DNA from: Lingula anatina
Lineage: Eukaryota; Animalia; Brachiopoda
Direction of reading: 5' to 3'
Assembly: GCA_051362555.1 (NCBI GenBank)
Contig: CM120647.1
Location: 14,422,651-14,486,650, forward strand
Length of the DNA stretch: 64,000 bases
The translations under genes and the position numbers were made by a program. Of the stretch, positions 12,063 to 24,909 are shown piece after piece (position 1 is the first letter of the stretch; each line of letters starts with the position of its first letter). The notes below the pieces were generated by a model that was given only the letters and a program-made list of their open reading frames with translations, searched no databases and was not told where the DNA came from.

Positions 12063-15000
12063 AATCAGAGGTAGCGAAGACACAGAGATCAAGCAAATTC
12101 GCAATCGGATCTGTGCGATCATTGCATAAAGGTGGACTTTTTGGCAGTTTCAGGGTCCACCGCAAAATAAATTGCTATGTTCTTTATATCGGTATATGTA
12201 TAAGACTACGTGTAAAATAATAATAATATTAATAATAATAATGATAATAATACAAAAAATTAGAAGATTGAATAATAACATCACATGTAAAGTAGCATGC
12301 CGTGAGCTCCAACATATTGTTTCAATATAACATATAATACTCAAATATTAAAATTTATTGTAAAACAGGAACCAGACTACAAAATAATTAAGAATATATA
12401 GGTGCACTTTTACTTGGACTCTGTAACTTTTTAGAAAAACACTCCAGACAGTCGAACCTTCAGACTATTGAAATGACCCCACTGTACTTCAACAAACTCT
12501 TGCAATTATATAGAACAGCGGGGATAGCATGTATGCTTTAAAGTACTACTCGAGAAAGTGGGGCATTGGAGCTATGGGCTTCAAAGAGCAACTTCCAGAT
12601 GTATTTTATATGTGTGAACAAAGATGACACCGTATTGTCAATAACTTAATGGCATTCCATGATACTTAAGATTGATTTTTGAATTTTTTGGATATCAGGC
12701 CACCGAATCTGATCGTGTATAAGAGAAGACGCCTCCTGTCTACCGATAAGTGTTCTTTTTTCATCAACATTGACAATCAAAACGCTTCGTTTTGGTGTCT
12801 GCAGGTCGCTTGCTTTATCGCGATCTTCACAGCACGTCAAGGACGCAATCCATCAGCCGCTTCGTTTCGATGTATCTGTACATTTTTGAGCAACTAGATA
12901 GAATGGTCGATGAAAACTGTTATTTAAGATCTAGAAATACTGCGCTAAATCATTTGTCTTTGCGTGGGTGTATACCACAACGGAGAAAAGTGCTTTGGCA
13001 CAAACATTTTATACGGCACTTGTAATCTGCTTTGACAGTAGTCTCATTGAGAAATGGTAAAACCCAATTTCCTTAATAAAGTCAATGGTTTTAAACAATT
13101 TGCGTCATGTAAGAGTACCGTACGGTTTCATTTCAACTGAAGGACTTTTCCAAGTCTACTTCCACCTGACATCAGCAACCCAAACATACTTAATGAAAAA
13201 CAATAAAAATGTTACATTGAAAAAAAAAGGATAAATTCGTTTTATCCCAAACACTTTAAGTGACCTTGGCGTTACCCGTTAAGTGAAAGGCCATTATTCA
13301 ATTCCTAGCAAAGCCTTTCTCTAAGATTCTGTGTCAAAGACTTCGGCGCCATTTTACCATTTAGAGTGATCTAATCAGCTCGGATCATTGGGAAGGCTAA
13401 GGTGGATCAACAGTACTGATATTAACTAGATCTAGCCGCGTGCATTTAACAGGATGATGTTATCAGTGAAATACGATGCAAAACTCTGATTCTAGATTGA
13501 ATATATGCCACAAAAGCATCTTTCATATTATTTTTAATGTTTCTTTATTATTTATATGGTTATTTATATTTTTGTTTATATATTGATTTCATTGCAAAGT
13601 CCCTCAAGTGTCTCCCAGATCCCGAATTGGGTATTCAAACAATTAAGACTTGCCAATAATGTTCTGAAACAGAATCCAAAATTGAATCCAAAGAATGCAG
13701 AATCCAAATGAAAAAAAAATGGCACAACAACTATTCCCCATCAGGAGGTTATAATTAGAGGATTTGTTTGTCTGACTCATGAGACTCGCAATGTAGAAAC
13801 ATTACAGTCTGAAAATGTTGTTAAAATCAATCTCTGTGATAATGTTACATGCGACAAAATTAACACGAAATGTCTGTATGCCAGACATCATTGGAACAGA
13901 TTAGGCACCCGTAATTGGATAAAACCAATCGCGACCAAACCCCACTGAGTAATGCAATGCTGCGCAAGTTGAGAACAAAACTCGCCGTCCTCATTTCAAT
14001 CTCATTTTCATACCTTTGGCCTATTAGTAAACTGTACGTTTCACCAAGATCTTTCTTACTCATGAAATATGTTTTGAAACGAACTGAAACAAAGAAGAAT
14101 TATTGCATGATAGACATAAAAAGGGAAAAGTCCCCAAAGCTCGAAATACATGTAAGTACCAAAGCTAGATGAGATGAAAGAACAAACTAGCTGAACCGTA
14201 ACTTCCTCTACACTGTATGCTAAGGATAGGAAACTAAACTGAGAGATAACGTTTGCCGTGGAACCTTGTCGATTTGGTTATTGGATAAGATGGAGTAAGA
14301 GAAATCGTGTTTGAATTCATAGAGTAATAAGAACCCATTACATGCCACGTAACGGTTAATCTTCCTTTAACATGCGAACTGCCGTTTCTCATTACAGAGA
14401 GAAGCTTAATAATTACCCGATCACGGCAACTTTAATTGGCTCATTTCTCTGACTAGAATATTGCGAAAAGCTACCAGGAAAATGCCAGTAAGCTTATGAT
14501 CAATCCGTCTGCCTCTAATTATACAGTCCCCTCTTATCCTCGCTGAATTAAGAAAATCTTTGATGTGTCTAGAATAGAACAAGGTTTCATGTTGGATGCA
14601 AAACAACCGTCATCTCTATCTATCATCATTTTGATCCATGCGCTGCCTCGACGGGAATATTCCAACACGCAATTTAGCAAGATACCACAAGATTTAATCA
14701 ACGCATGAATCACATTTTATGAACGATTCTATCCTGTTTCCTCCAACTGGCAAAACCATAGGTCGACCTGTGGATTTCCAGCGGGGTTCATTGGTTGACG
14801 TTAAGATTAGATGACATTGTTTTCAATATCCCTGAGGACATTTCAGCCGGCATGTTGATAAAGCTGTAACCAGGTTTATAGGACAACTTGTACAGCAATT
14901 GAGTAGTCTGACAAGCAACGTGCGATTGTTGATTGAAGATAAAGAAAAATATCACATTTGGTGTTTGTTCAGCTAGATTAGATTTTTCATTTTAAAGTGT

Positions 15001-15345
15001 ATTTGAATTATACACGTAAAAATGTATCTGGGAATGTCCGTAAATGAAGAGGGCGGCATAAGAATAATTAGAATGTTACCATCGCCTTATACGTGTTCTA
15101 TAAATGGCAGATACAACACTGTTATCAAAATATGCCATCTAAGTTATGATATCTTTTAGATATGTGTTTTAAATTTCAAATGATGATTTTAATTGCTGTT
15201 TGGATTATCTGAATTTGAAGAAGCAAAATTCCATTTTTTTTATTCTGCAATGCCCGTTCTAATTTAAAAATAAGTCATTTTTCGTCGACTCCTTGATTTC
15301 TTGAAGGTCTGCCAGTAAAATTCACATCCCAGAAGCACTTACTGC

Positions 15346-15377
<32 letters not shown>

Positions 15378-15953
15378 CCTACACATCACATCAAATGACG
15401 TCCAATGCCACCAATATGATCAGCGATGTTAAGAAACTGAGCGTCCGTGTAACAAAGTCGGCGCTCCATTAGATTCATACAGGTAAGGGTAAGCGTGATG
15501 TAAAACCTAGGTCAAAACCTAGGTCGGTGTTTTTAATATAAATGAGAATTGGATCCTACATCAGAGGAGGCTCTCTTGTACGAGACGCTGACGCCCTTGG
15601 CTCAGTGCGTATCCATTTCCTTAAAGAATGAATCCAACAATGACAGTAATGACATTTAAGAGAAGTGCCATCCTTATAGATTGGTCCATTTATTTTTCAC
15701 CTGACCACATGAAAAGGAAATTGACACCGCATAAAGACTGAGCTAATGCCAGTCGTAATCATTTAATGACTCCTTGGTGAGTATTGCATGAGATGGCTTT
15801 AAACTGACCTGGGCTTTAATGGTTTTTCTTTCGGACAATCATTTATAATTTCATTATATTTATTTTATATTTACCTATCTTTTTTTCAATTAAGTATTAA
15901 TTGACCAAGTTTCCCTAAAGTTGCTTTTCGCTTAGCAAACATGCATATCAGTC

Positions 15954-16122
15954 CAGGGGCGGATTTAGGCCGTCTTCTGGGTCGTCCAGAAGACGGTCAG
16001 ATTTTCAAGTTTACATTGACGGGTATCTAATTATTTCTGTCGGAAGACGGTCAAAAATGGAGGATGGATCAACAGAGATAATTTGGAAGGCTGTCAGAAA
16101 ATATCTCTGGATCCGCCCATTG
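15954..16122. mobile_element. Short non-autonomous DNA element with CAGGGGCGGAT termini (hAT-like MITE)
   Basis: Starts CAGGGGCGGATTTAG and ends CTGGATCCGCCCATTG. No intact 8-bp TSD is visible. Confidence 0.6.
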
Positions 16123-17824
16123 TGTGCTGACATACATATCGGCAGATTTTTGCTCATTAAATAAATCGCACCTGCACGGTTCGATCACATAGACAATGTA
16201 CACCTGTATGCCTTGAGTGGACGGTAAAAGCACGATCCATCACTTGAGGTATTTGCCTGTCTGACAACTTTATACCAAGTGTGGTTTCTCAGTAATGAGA
16301 TGGTACTTGAATGACATTAGCTTTAAAAAAAGATGTAGAGAGAAAGAGAGGGAGAGAGAGAGAGAGAAATTGTTCTGATCATTTTTGTCCGCACAGATTA
16401 AATCGTTTTCACATAATCGTGATTCTGTCATATTTAAAAACTTCTTCAAGTCCCCTTGAAGCCATTGTGTTTCCTTTTGTCGAAGCCTAATGTTTAAATT
16501 GCCTGATAAATGGAGTCGTGAAGACGACGAATCGAATATCTATGGCAGAAAAATTCTTTTAAGACATTTGTTTCCGGCGTCTTGATATAACATAGTTTCC
16601 TTTTCATTACGCTTTGCATATACGTGTATATATCATTGTCTTCATAGTATGTCCAGTACTTTCTTTTAAGGAGATCTATATCGCCTTTTAAGGTCTGCAT
16701 CGGGAAATAGATAAAAACGCCACAAGGTACGTTTCAAATAAATTATTCAAGGCCTTTAAGGTTTGGATGAAGAAAAATAGGAAGCTTTGCAGGATTAAAA
16801 TATGTCTGTGGATCATTTTCAACCGCGTGCGGATCACCATTAACCAATCCTTCAATTTTGTCTGGCTTTAGTTCGAAGCAAAATAAAATGCATTAAGATA
16901 TTAATATCTCTAGGAATGGTGGAATAAATTGCAGCCACAGGGAATTGATATGATTCCAGCAATTACTCGCCTTTGCCCTAAAGCCCCCAGAGCAACGTGC
17001 AAAGTGCCGTTCCGGTGAACGGTCAATCTTTTTTTTTTTTTCAACCCAACAGCTAAAATACATTAGACGTCGACGCCGTCCGCAAATAATAAAAAATTAG
17101 TGCTTGGTAAAAATTACTTTTATATCTACTGCCCAAGGTTCTTCCTCAAAGAGATGTAAAGAAATCAGAAAGTTCTGGAAATGGTGAAAAGGTCTTGCAA
17201 TCGCAATTACCGGATGGAAATTTTCACCATTGTTTTTAATACGATAAACATTGGTTGTGTGTAGGCAGCTCCGTTTTCAAGCTATGGATTTCTTTGCAAT
17301 TGTCAGACTGCGTATGAAGTGGAGAAAATATCAATTGTCATTTTGATATATCTGTTTTTTATTCATTTACTTATTTATCTGTATTAATTTTTTTAATTAG
17401 TCAAGTAAAAAAACTTCATCGAACGACCAATTACACGCTAACAATACAAATTAAGTTTTATAAAATATTAACACAGACAAACACATTTAACAGAAAAAAT
17501 CAGAGACAATATCAAGAGTCAATAACACAAATATCTTTAGCCAGTGCAACAATTATATTGTCAGATTTGTACAGCCGATATCCCAAAAAGTACAATAAAA
17601 TGCAGTTTAGTGTTTTCCATACTGATTACTCCAAGCCGCACACAGTAACCCACGAAAAGGTTGCAAGATAATATAGTGAATTGATAGAAGCTAGACATGA
17701 AATTAAAAAATCATGAGAAGGAGACCACAAGTCAAATAACAGATGACAACAATATTGACTCTTCCCTCTTTGTATGCAGTGCAATCTCTGACTGTGCTTT
17801 TCTCTCAACCCAACCAAATCTCAA

Positions 17825-19308
17825 TCACGTACACCCCGTCTGCAAGAGCCGATTGTTATCCCCCTCCTGTGCACCCTGAATCACCCCCGAGGACGCCTTC
17901 GTCATGATCACGTGCCCCATCGCCTGCACGAACGCCGCATCGAACACGCTGGGGGCGGGAATCGTGGACATGTGGGCCGCGAGGACCCCCGCTACGAAGG
18001 GGCTTGCCATGGAGGTGCCGCTGAGGGCGGCGGCGGCGGTTTGAGCGCTGTAGTAGGCGCTCCCTATACTGAGACCAGGGGCGTAGACGTTGGTACAGGC
18101 ACCGCGGTTAGAAAACCAGGTGATGCTGTCGTCTCGGTCCATGGCCCCCACAGTGATGGCGTCCTTTACTCGGGCCGGCGAGGTCGTACATGCGTCACCT
18201 AGAATAAAAATACATTATTATTTTTTTTTTCTTTTTTTTTTTTTGTCGTTCATTCTATTTTGTTCTATTTTGTTCTCATTTTTTCTACTTATTTTTAAAG
18301 TACATTAACTACTTAAAACAAGCATTTGACATGGCTTAAAAACGTGATTGAAAGGACCATCTTTTACTCATCAGAGGTTTATTTCTCTGATTTATTCATG
18401 TCCTCAATCTTTGCAATATGGTAGCAATACATTCACACAATAATTATTCACCAAATGCTTTGTTAATGTATCCCTGCAATAACGGTACTGTATTGTGCAG
18501 CGCAAGGCTTGACATCACACAAAACACAATGGTGAACTCTATACGCTGTCACACCTAACGCATTGCATATAAATTCCACCTTTAAATAGTAGTAAAATGC
18601 CGATACCACACTGAGAGGACCTTGGTAACCAGTAAGTTACAACATGAACTTATTTAACAGTTCTCGTCGAGAAGTGTCATGTTACTTCACTGGGATAAAC
18701 TGTTTTTCTACAAATTTTCAAATAATAAATAATTAGTTAAAATAAGGGAAAGAAATGAAAAAGGGAAAAAAGGGGAAAAAATCTGACATACCTCCATTGT
18801 TACCAGCGGCGACAGTGACAACAATGCCATTCTCTATCGCCTCTTTGACAACGTTGTCAAGGAGAGTGGATACAGCGCTACCTATCGACAAGTTGATGAT
18901 GGACTTTCGCTTCCGCTCTATAGCTTTGTCTATGGCCCATTTAATACCATCGGCAACGTCAAAGGAACCGCCTTTGCCCCTCCAGTCCAAAATTTTTACC
19001 TGTAGAAAGAGAACAGTTACAGGTTGGGTGGTACTTTTACAAAGAAAACATATCACAAGTGCCACCTTTCAATCAGCATCAAAATAATTTACCCGAAAGA
19101 AAGTTCACTATTTTAGAAAAAAAAAAAAAACGACCGCTACCTTTGAAATTGCTGATTTGACTAGACAACTAGACATTTATGTACCTGCCTCTGTCTATAT
19201 TTTTCAAGATGTAAAAATAGCTAGTTTATCAATTTTGGCTTGTTCAGTAAAAACGTGTGTGTGTGTGTGTGTGCGTGTGTGTGTGCGTGTGTGTGTGTGT
19301 GTGTGTGA

Positions 19309-19340
<32 letters not shown>

Positions 19341-20429
19341 TACGTAGAGAAATTAAACCGAAGAACACACAATCATATCTCACTGGTTACACAATGGGAA
19401 CAAAAACAAATCGTAATGAAACTCGATCACAACCACCATTAACTCCCCTACCACAATTAGGCCTACTCTTTGAAAATCTCCCTGACAAAACAAAACACAA
19501 TCATCGCAATCCACATCCCCACCTACCGCAATCACAGTGGCATTCCTCGCCACTCCCCACGTTCTTCCCGCCACAATGCCAGCCACGTGCGTGCCATGCC
19601 CGTTGTCGTCTTCGGCTGCCCCCGCGTACGAGCCGTAGATGGAGAAGAACTCTGAGTCGACGCGGCGCGAACCTCCCAGAAGTTGGAATTCGGTATGATC
19701 GGCTCGAACACCTGGTGGTTGGGCAGTGAAAAGAATATGGTATGAATATTATACGATCGAGTGGGAAAACGTTCGTGTAGAGAAGTGTGGGCCTGTCTGC
19801 TTGTAACTCAAATATTATGTCAGACGTCATCAATGTGGAAATCAAAGAAAAGTATTAAAAATATCGTATTTGCATAATCAGAAAGCATCTCACTGTGTAT
19901 TGTCCGAACATTTTGGGGCATAACTGTAGTCAAAAAAATATCTGGGCCCTCTTTTAATGACATGACTGCAAATTGTTCACTAGTATAATCTGTAATTGTC
20001 GTCCAGTTGCCATCCAGCATTACATTAAACACTCGTCGACTTATCATCATAACAGTATGAAAACTTGTGCATCACTTTTCTTTCTATACATGGAGCGACT
20101 TTCAGTTTAATTCTTATCAGCTAACTTTTTTACATGGAAAAACGGTCTGCAAGACAAGCCACGTTCGTACCTGTATCCACAACGTACACGTCCACCCCGT
20201 CACCGTCGCCATCTATATTCAATAAGTTGTCGTCTGCTGCGACTTTGTCGCTGTTGTCAATACGGTCGAGGCCCTGCGGAAAAGAGGATAATAATCCAAA
20301 CATAAATCAATCTGAAAATTAATTTCTGATTTTTTCAAGAATATTTACCAACTTCATGCATATAAGGGATCTTTATAAAATCAGAGGTTATATTTAATAT
20401 GTTTTTTTTTTCTTGAAACAAACAATTAC

Positions 20430-20468
<39 letters not shown>

Positions 20469-21034
20469 TTTAATGATGTTTGACGTTTTGGTCTGTGTGC
20501 AACAAGCAATTGGCAGTGAAATCTCAAATTGAATAAATAAATTAATTAATTAATTAATTAACGAATAAACCCTTATTATCCGTACCCATTTGTAATACTC
20601 GTGTCTAGTGCCTGCGTCCAGTTTGTTACAGGCCAGAGCCTCTACTATGACCTCCTGTTCCACCTCCTCCACCAGGTCTGTCAGCTGGAGAAGCTTCATC
20701 AGGTCGCTAGAACAAAACGCGGTCCAATATATATTATAAATGTCTGTGAGTGAAAGAGGAGTGAGTGAGAAAAATATGTATTTAGTTATTTATCAATTTG
20801 TATTTTTCGAGATATGCAATAAAAAAAAATTAAAAAAAAACGCGGTCCAAAGTTACGCCGCATTCAGAACTAATTGATCTGGCTACTAACAGATCCCCGG
20901 ATCAAATATGGCGCGTCCACATAAAAACTTGCCGTATCATTCCCTAACAGAGATGGAAAACATGCCCCGCGGTGACATTCAGGTGGAGAAGACATATTGG
21001 TTCCGCAAATCTGTTAGTTCGCTGTTGTGAATGC

Positions 21035-21108
<74 letters not shown>

Positions 21109-21256
21109 CCTTTCAGAAACATCCTCCAGAAGGATAGAGTCTCCTCTGTTTGATAATCCAGATCTCTGTTGTCTCGATTTTAACTTCCCGAGTCCGAGAT
21201 TGCGCCCTTTGTTTTTACTGAACTGCCGTAGGAGCCCTTGAACTGTAAAGTTTACA

Positions 21257-21296
<40 letters not shown>

Positions 21297-23875
21297 ACAC
21301 AGGAAATCAAGAAATAGAATATCTTGGAAAAAAAGGGTTAATAAGATATATGTTTATGAGCAAATGAACGAATAGATTATTAATAGATAAAATAGTTTGA
21401 CACGCCTCCTTTTGTTTCCAAAGTCCTCAAATAATCACCAGCCCTTCTGTATTCTACTCAACACCAGGAAGAGGCCTGTCATTCATTTAAGCTGATTGCA
21501 CACAGCAAGAGTCCCCGCAGAGTTGGATCGTTCTACGTAGGCAGATGGTGCCTATGAGAACGGAGCTTTAATGTCACCGACAATTGCGTGATGCAAGTGA
21601 TATTGCTTTCACTTCCGCTTTCCAATCCCTTGCTTAACGTGACATTTTGCGGTAGCAATTGTCATTAGGTTTTATCACAAAAGTGTCGTTGTCCAGTGAC
21701 AGTTACCTGACACTTCTCAGAAGTGACAAAATGACTTCCTGTTTCAGTGGAGCAATTTGATTGGATGATTGTGCAGTCATGACACACCGAAGGCTAACGA
21801 GGTTGTAGTATGAGTAAGTTCCTTACTTCTGTAGTCAGGTGATAACAGTTCTGTAAATTGTACTTTATATTTTTGGTGAATCATGACTGGTAAACCATAT
21901 GGGGAGTTTGACTTATGACACTATATTGGTGAATGTGTGTGCGCATGCTCGTGATCGCTTGTTAGTCTTTGTGTGAGTGATAAAATGCGAGCCACGGAGG
22001 AATTAGACATGGGTATAATCTAAACGGATGTTGCTATATGCTATTTGGAATAGATATGAGAAAATAACTCTCAAACAACGTTTTATCATTTTAGAGATAA
22101 AAAGCTCTGTGCTATAGAGGGGAAAGAACATTCATTAAGCAGTATTTAAGTATAATTTATTACATATTTCTCTCTCATAAATGCTCTTAACTAACCTTTA
22201 GCATCGTCCACATTTGGTTTCAAATTCAGAACAAACTTCTTTGGTATTCCCAGCCCTTCTCCGGCCCTTATTAAGCGAACTGAAATTGAAAAAAAGATTT
22301 AAAAAGATAAGACGTTCACGAGGGCGTTAATTTATCCACATTTAATAAACACATTGTTGCAAACACGCTGTTATTACTGCGACCACAAAAACCACATTTT
22401 GAATTCGTGAAAATATATTATGAAAACACACACACTGTGTATTCTTTGTCTGTTATCTGCAAACCAGAAATGCTGATAAGGAGACCTTTGTAGAAAGAGC
22501 GCTTTCTTCGACTTCACGTTGAATACTGCATTTAATTCATTTTAATTTAGATATTCATTATAATGGTATATATTAAAACTAAAATATACCATTACATTAC
22601 TGAATCATATCCTCTTACTTCGGTATCTTTTTTCTTTCATTTTTGAACTTTGCAGATACGTGACATTTGTCGATGTTCAAATAACACGAAATGGATTTCT
22701 TCGTCATTAAAACATACAATTTTCTATAACTTCTGTACCTAGTGCATATAACCATTAGTTAATTTTCCCAAGGCATGGTAGGCATTTTTGTTTTAGGTAA
22801 AATGATTGTGGGGTCAAGATGGATCAAATTAGCCTTTTTGTAAATAGTTTTCGACAACTTGAGTACATAGTGCATATAATAATGAGTTATTATTTTCCAA
22901 AGCGTGGTAAGACATTTGTGTTTTACGTAATAAATTGGGAGAAGTTACTGCATGTGCATGACCGAATGACGCGACTTGGACAGAATTACGGCCCAGATAG
23001 TCGTGGTCTCAATGCAGTCGTGACCCTTGTAAAGGAGGCGCTTATTCTTGTTCACACAAGTTTTAATTCAAACCGGTGTAGACCTAACATTAAGAAGTAA
23101 AGGCTTGATACCCCCTCCACCCACCCCCACCCCTGCGCTGTAGGTTATCCCTCCCGTCAGTCGCTCTTTGTGGCGCCCTCTATAATCACTGATAACAGTT
23201 TAAGGAATTAAATAGCAGGACATTGCAATCGAGCCCTTGTTTCTTGAATAAGAGTCTTGTCATATTAAAACACAATACATATTAATTAATTAATCCAATT
23301 ATATTATGTCATGTCAGTAAGCCATACTGTAACACTGAATACATAATACAGAATATGTACATAAAATCAAATTATTTACCCTGCTGGAATCTGTCCCTGA
23401 ATCGGTTAAATCTGGATCCAAATCGACCGAAGAATCCAAACCGAGCGTTAGCTAAAACAAATATATATTAACGTTATGATTATGTTAGTTTCTGTACGCC
23501 ACTGAAGCAGTTATGATAATGATAGTGCACCCTGCATGGTTAAATATAATGATGTGTTGGAATGTGTTTGCACATGGGTTGGCACGATGCATCACACTAA
23601 GGGTTGGTTTCACCTACGATCTATAGCTTGGGAATGGGTCTAAACTTGAAGATAAAAATTTGGTTTTCTTGAGTTCAAGATAAATTTGGGCAGGCCAAGT
23701 AAATAAAGTAAATATTGGTATGAAAACATAAAACAGCTACCATAATATTTCATTTGGCTATTTGTTTAAAGATTTGAACCATTTTGTGTCTGTGTGTGTG
23801 TGTGTAGGGGGGGGGGGGGGTTATAGATTATTTGTGAAACTGGAACCAGCCTGTGATTATCTCACCTTTGGAGGT

Positions 23876-23926
<51 letters not shown>

Positions 23927-24909
23927 ACATTTCTTACCTCAAAAGACATATGCAGGGTAATAGGGGGATAAGATTTACCGATATGGTGGGCTAATCATAG
24001 GGTACGGCCTTTTGGACCCAGGTAAAAGAGACCAGAGTTGAATGGAAACACGCCTTAACTGTCAAATTTGGTGCATTATAATTGAGGCAGTAATAATTGT
24101 GTGATTGATGTATTTAGTGTATAGCAATGATATGGCTATTTATATCTTACGGCTTTGTGACGTCACTTACATTTAGATTACGTCATACTGGTTAAAACTG
24201 CAGCAAAACAGTTATTTGCGATGATATATAGAATTAACTGAAGCATTAAGTTGATACAGTATGCACATAAACATTAAGCCGTGCGTGTTTCACGTCGGTT
24301 GCTAAGGGTCTGTTTACAAAACTTGAAAAACACTGGCAAAAATATTTTACCAAGACTTGAAAATTGATAAAAGCAATATCAGCTCTTAGCAACCAAGTGA
24401 TATAACTGATTTATTAAAATTGCTTTCACAACAACCTGTTTCCACCAAAATTACATAAACAGTCTATTCCTACCTGCCCTGTTCACACCGGCAGCGCTAC
24501 CCTCAACGACGACACGAGCATCTTTCTTTGGTCCTCGTCTTATCTCGTCATCTTTCTTGATGATCGCTCCGTCATCAGGACCTGGGCCAACTGTGATAGG
24601 TGGAGGAGGCTGAGCCACGCCCCCATTTCCAGGACGACCACGCCCTCCACCCCGCCCACCTTGGCCATTACCCTGCCCACCTTGACCATTGCCACGCCCA
24701 CCCCGGCCCCCGGGTACTACGGTCCCTAAGCGGTTACCAGGGCGGAGGTTGGTCATAACCTGTCGTTGTCGCCTTATCTGTGATAGTCGGTTGCCAGCCG
24801 TGTCTTTGAAAATATCCTGGAACCGGTTGAACATTCCGCCTCTTAGTCTCTGTGACATCACAAACGAACATCCGAGGATGAGAAGGGTGATTGACAGGAG
24901 GCAGTTCAT
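17825..24909 (-). CDS. Secreted subtilisin-like serine protease, S8A proteinase K/aqualysin type, with I9 prodomain (9 coding exons)
   Basis: Exons (minus): 24909-24474, 23451-23380, 22279-22196, 21242-21110, 20706-20586, 20273-20171, 19711-19527, 18999-18792, 18198-17825. All introns are GT-AG with matching phases. Protein: signal peptide MNCLLSITLLILGCSFVMS; I9-like IPKKFVLNLK..VEEVEQEVIVEA; WGLDRID; catalytic Asp VYVVDTG; His DNGHGTHVAG; oxyanion AAGN; Ser LSGTSMASP; C-terminus NNRLLQTGCT*. Confidence 0.93.
19255..19339. repeat. (GT)n/(GA)n microsatellite
   Basis: Direct read; lies in a protease intron. Confidence 0.9.
21037..21105. repeat. (CT)n microsatellite abutting a protease splice donor
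   Basis: Direct read; explains the ERER/SLSL artefact ORFs. Confidence 0.95.
21397..21571. mobile_element. MITE family A partial copy (intronic)
   Basis: GTCATTCATTTAAGCTGATTGCACACAGCAAGAGTCCCCGCAGAGTTGGATCGTTCTACGTAGG..GAGAACGGAGCTTTAA matches the right arm of the 7359 and 8285 copies. Confidence 0.7.

Noticed and set aside
19157-19845. 190-aa plus-strand ORF and overlapping ORFs
   Set aside because: Microsatellite translation plus antisense or off-frame reading of the protease His exon.
24451-24909. Stand-alone 152-aa Gly-rich secreted peptide gene
   Set aside because: A donor at 24474/24473 joins in phase to the downstream protease exons, so it is better explained as the first coding exon.
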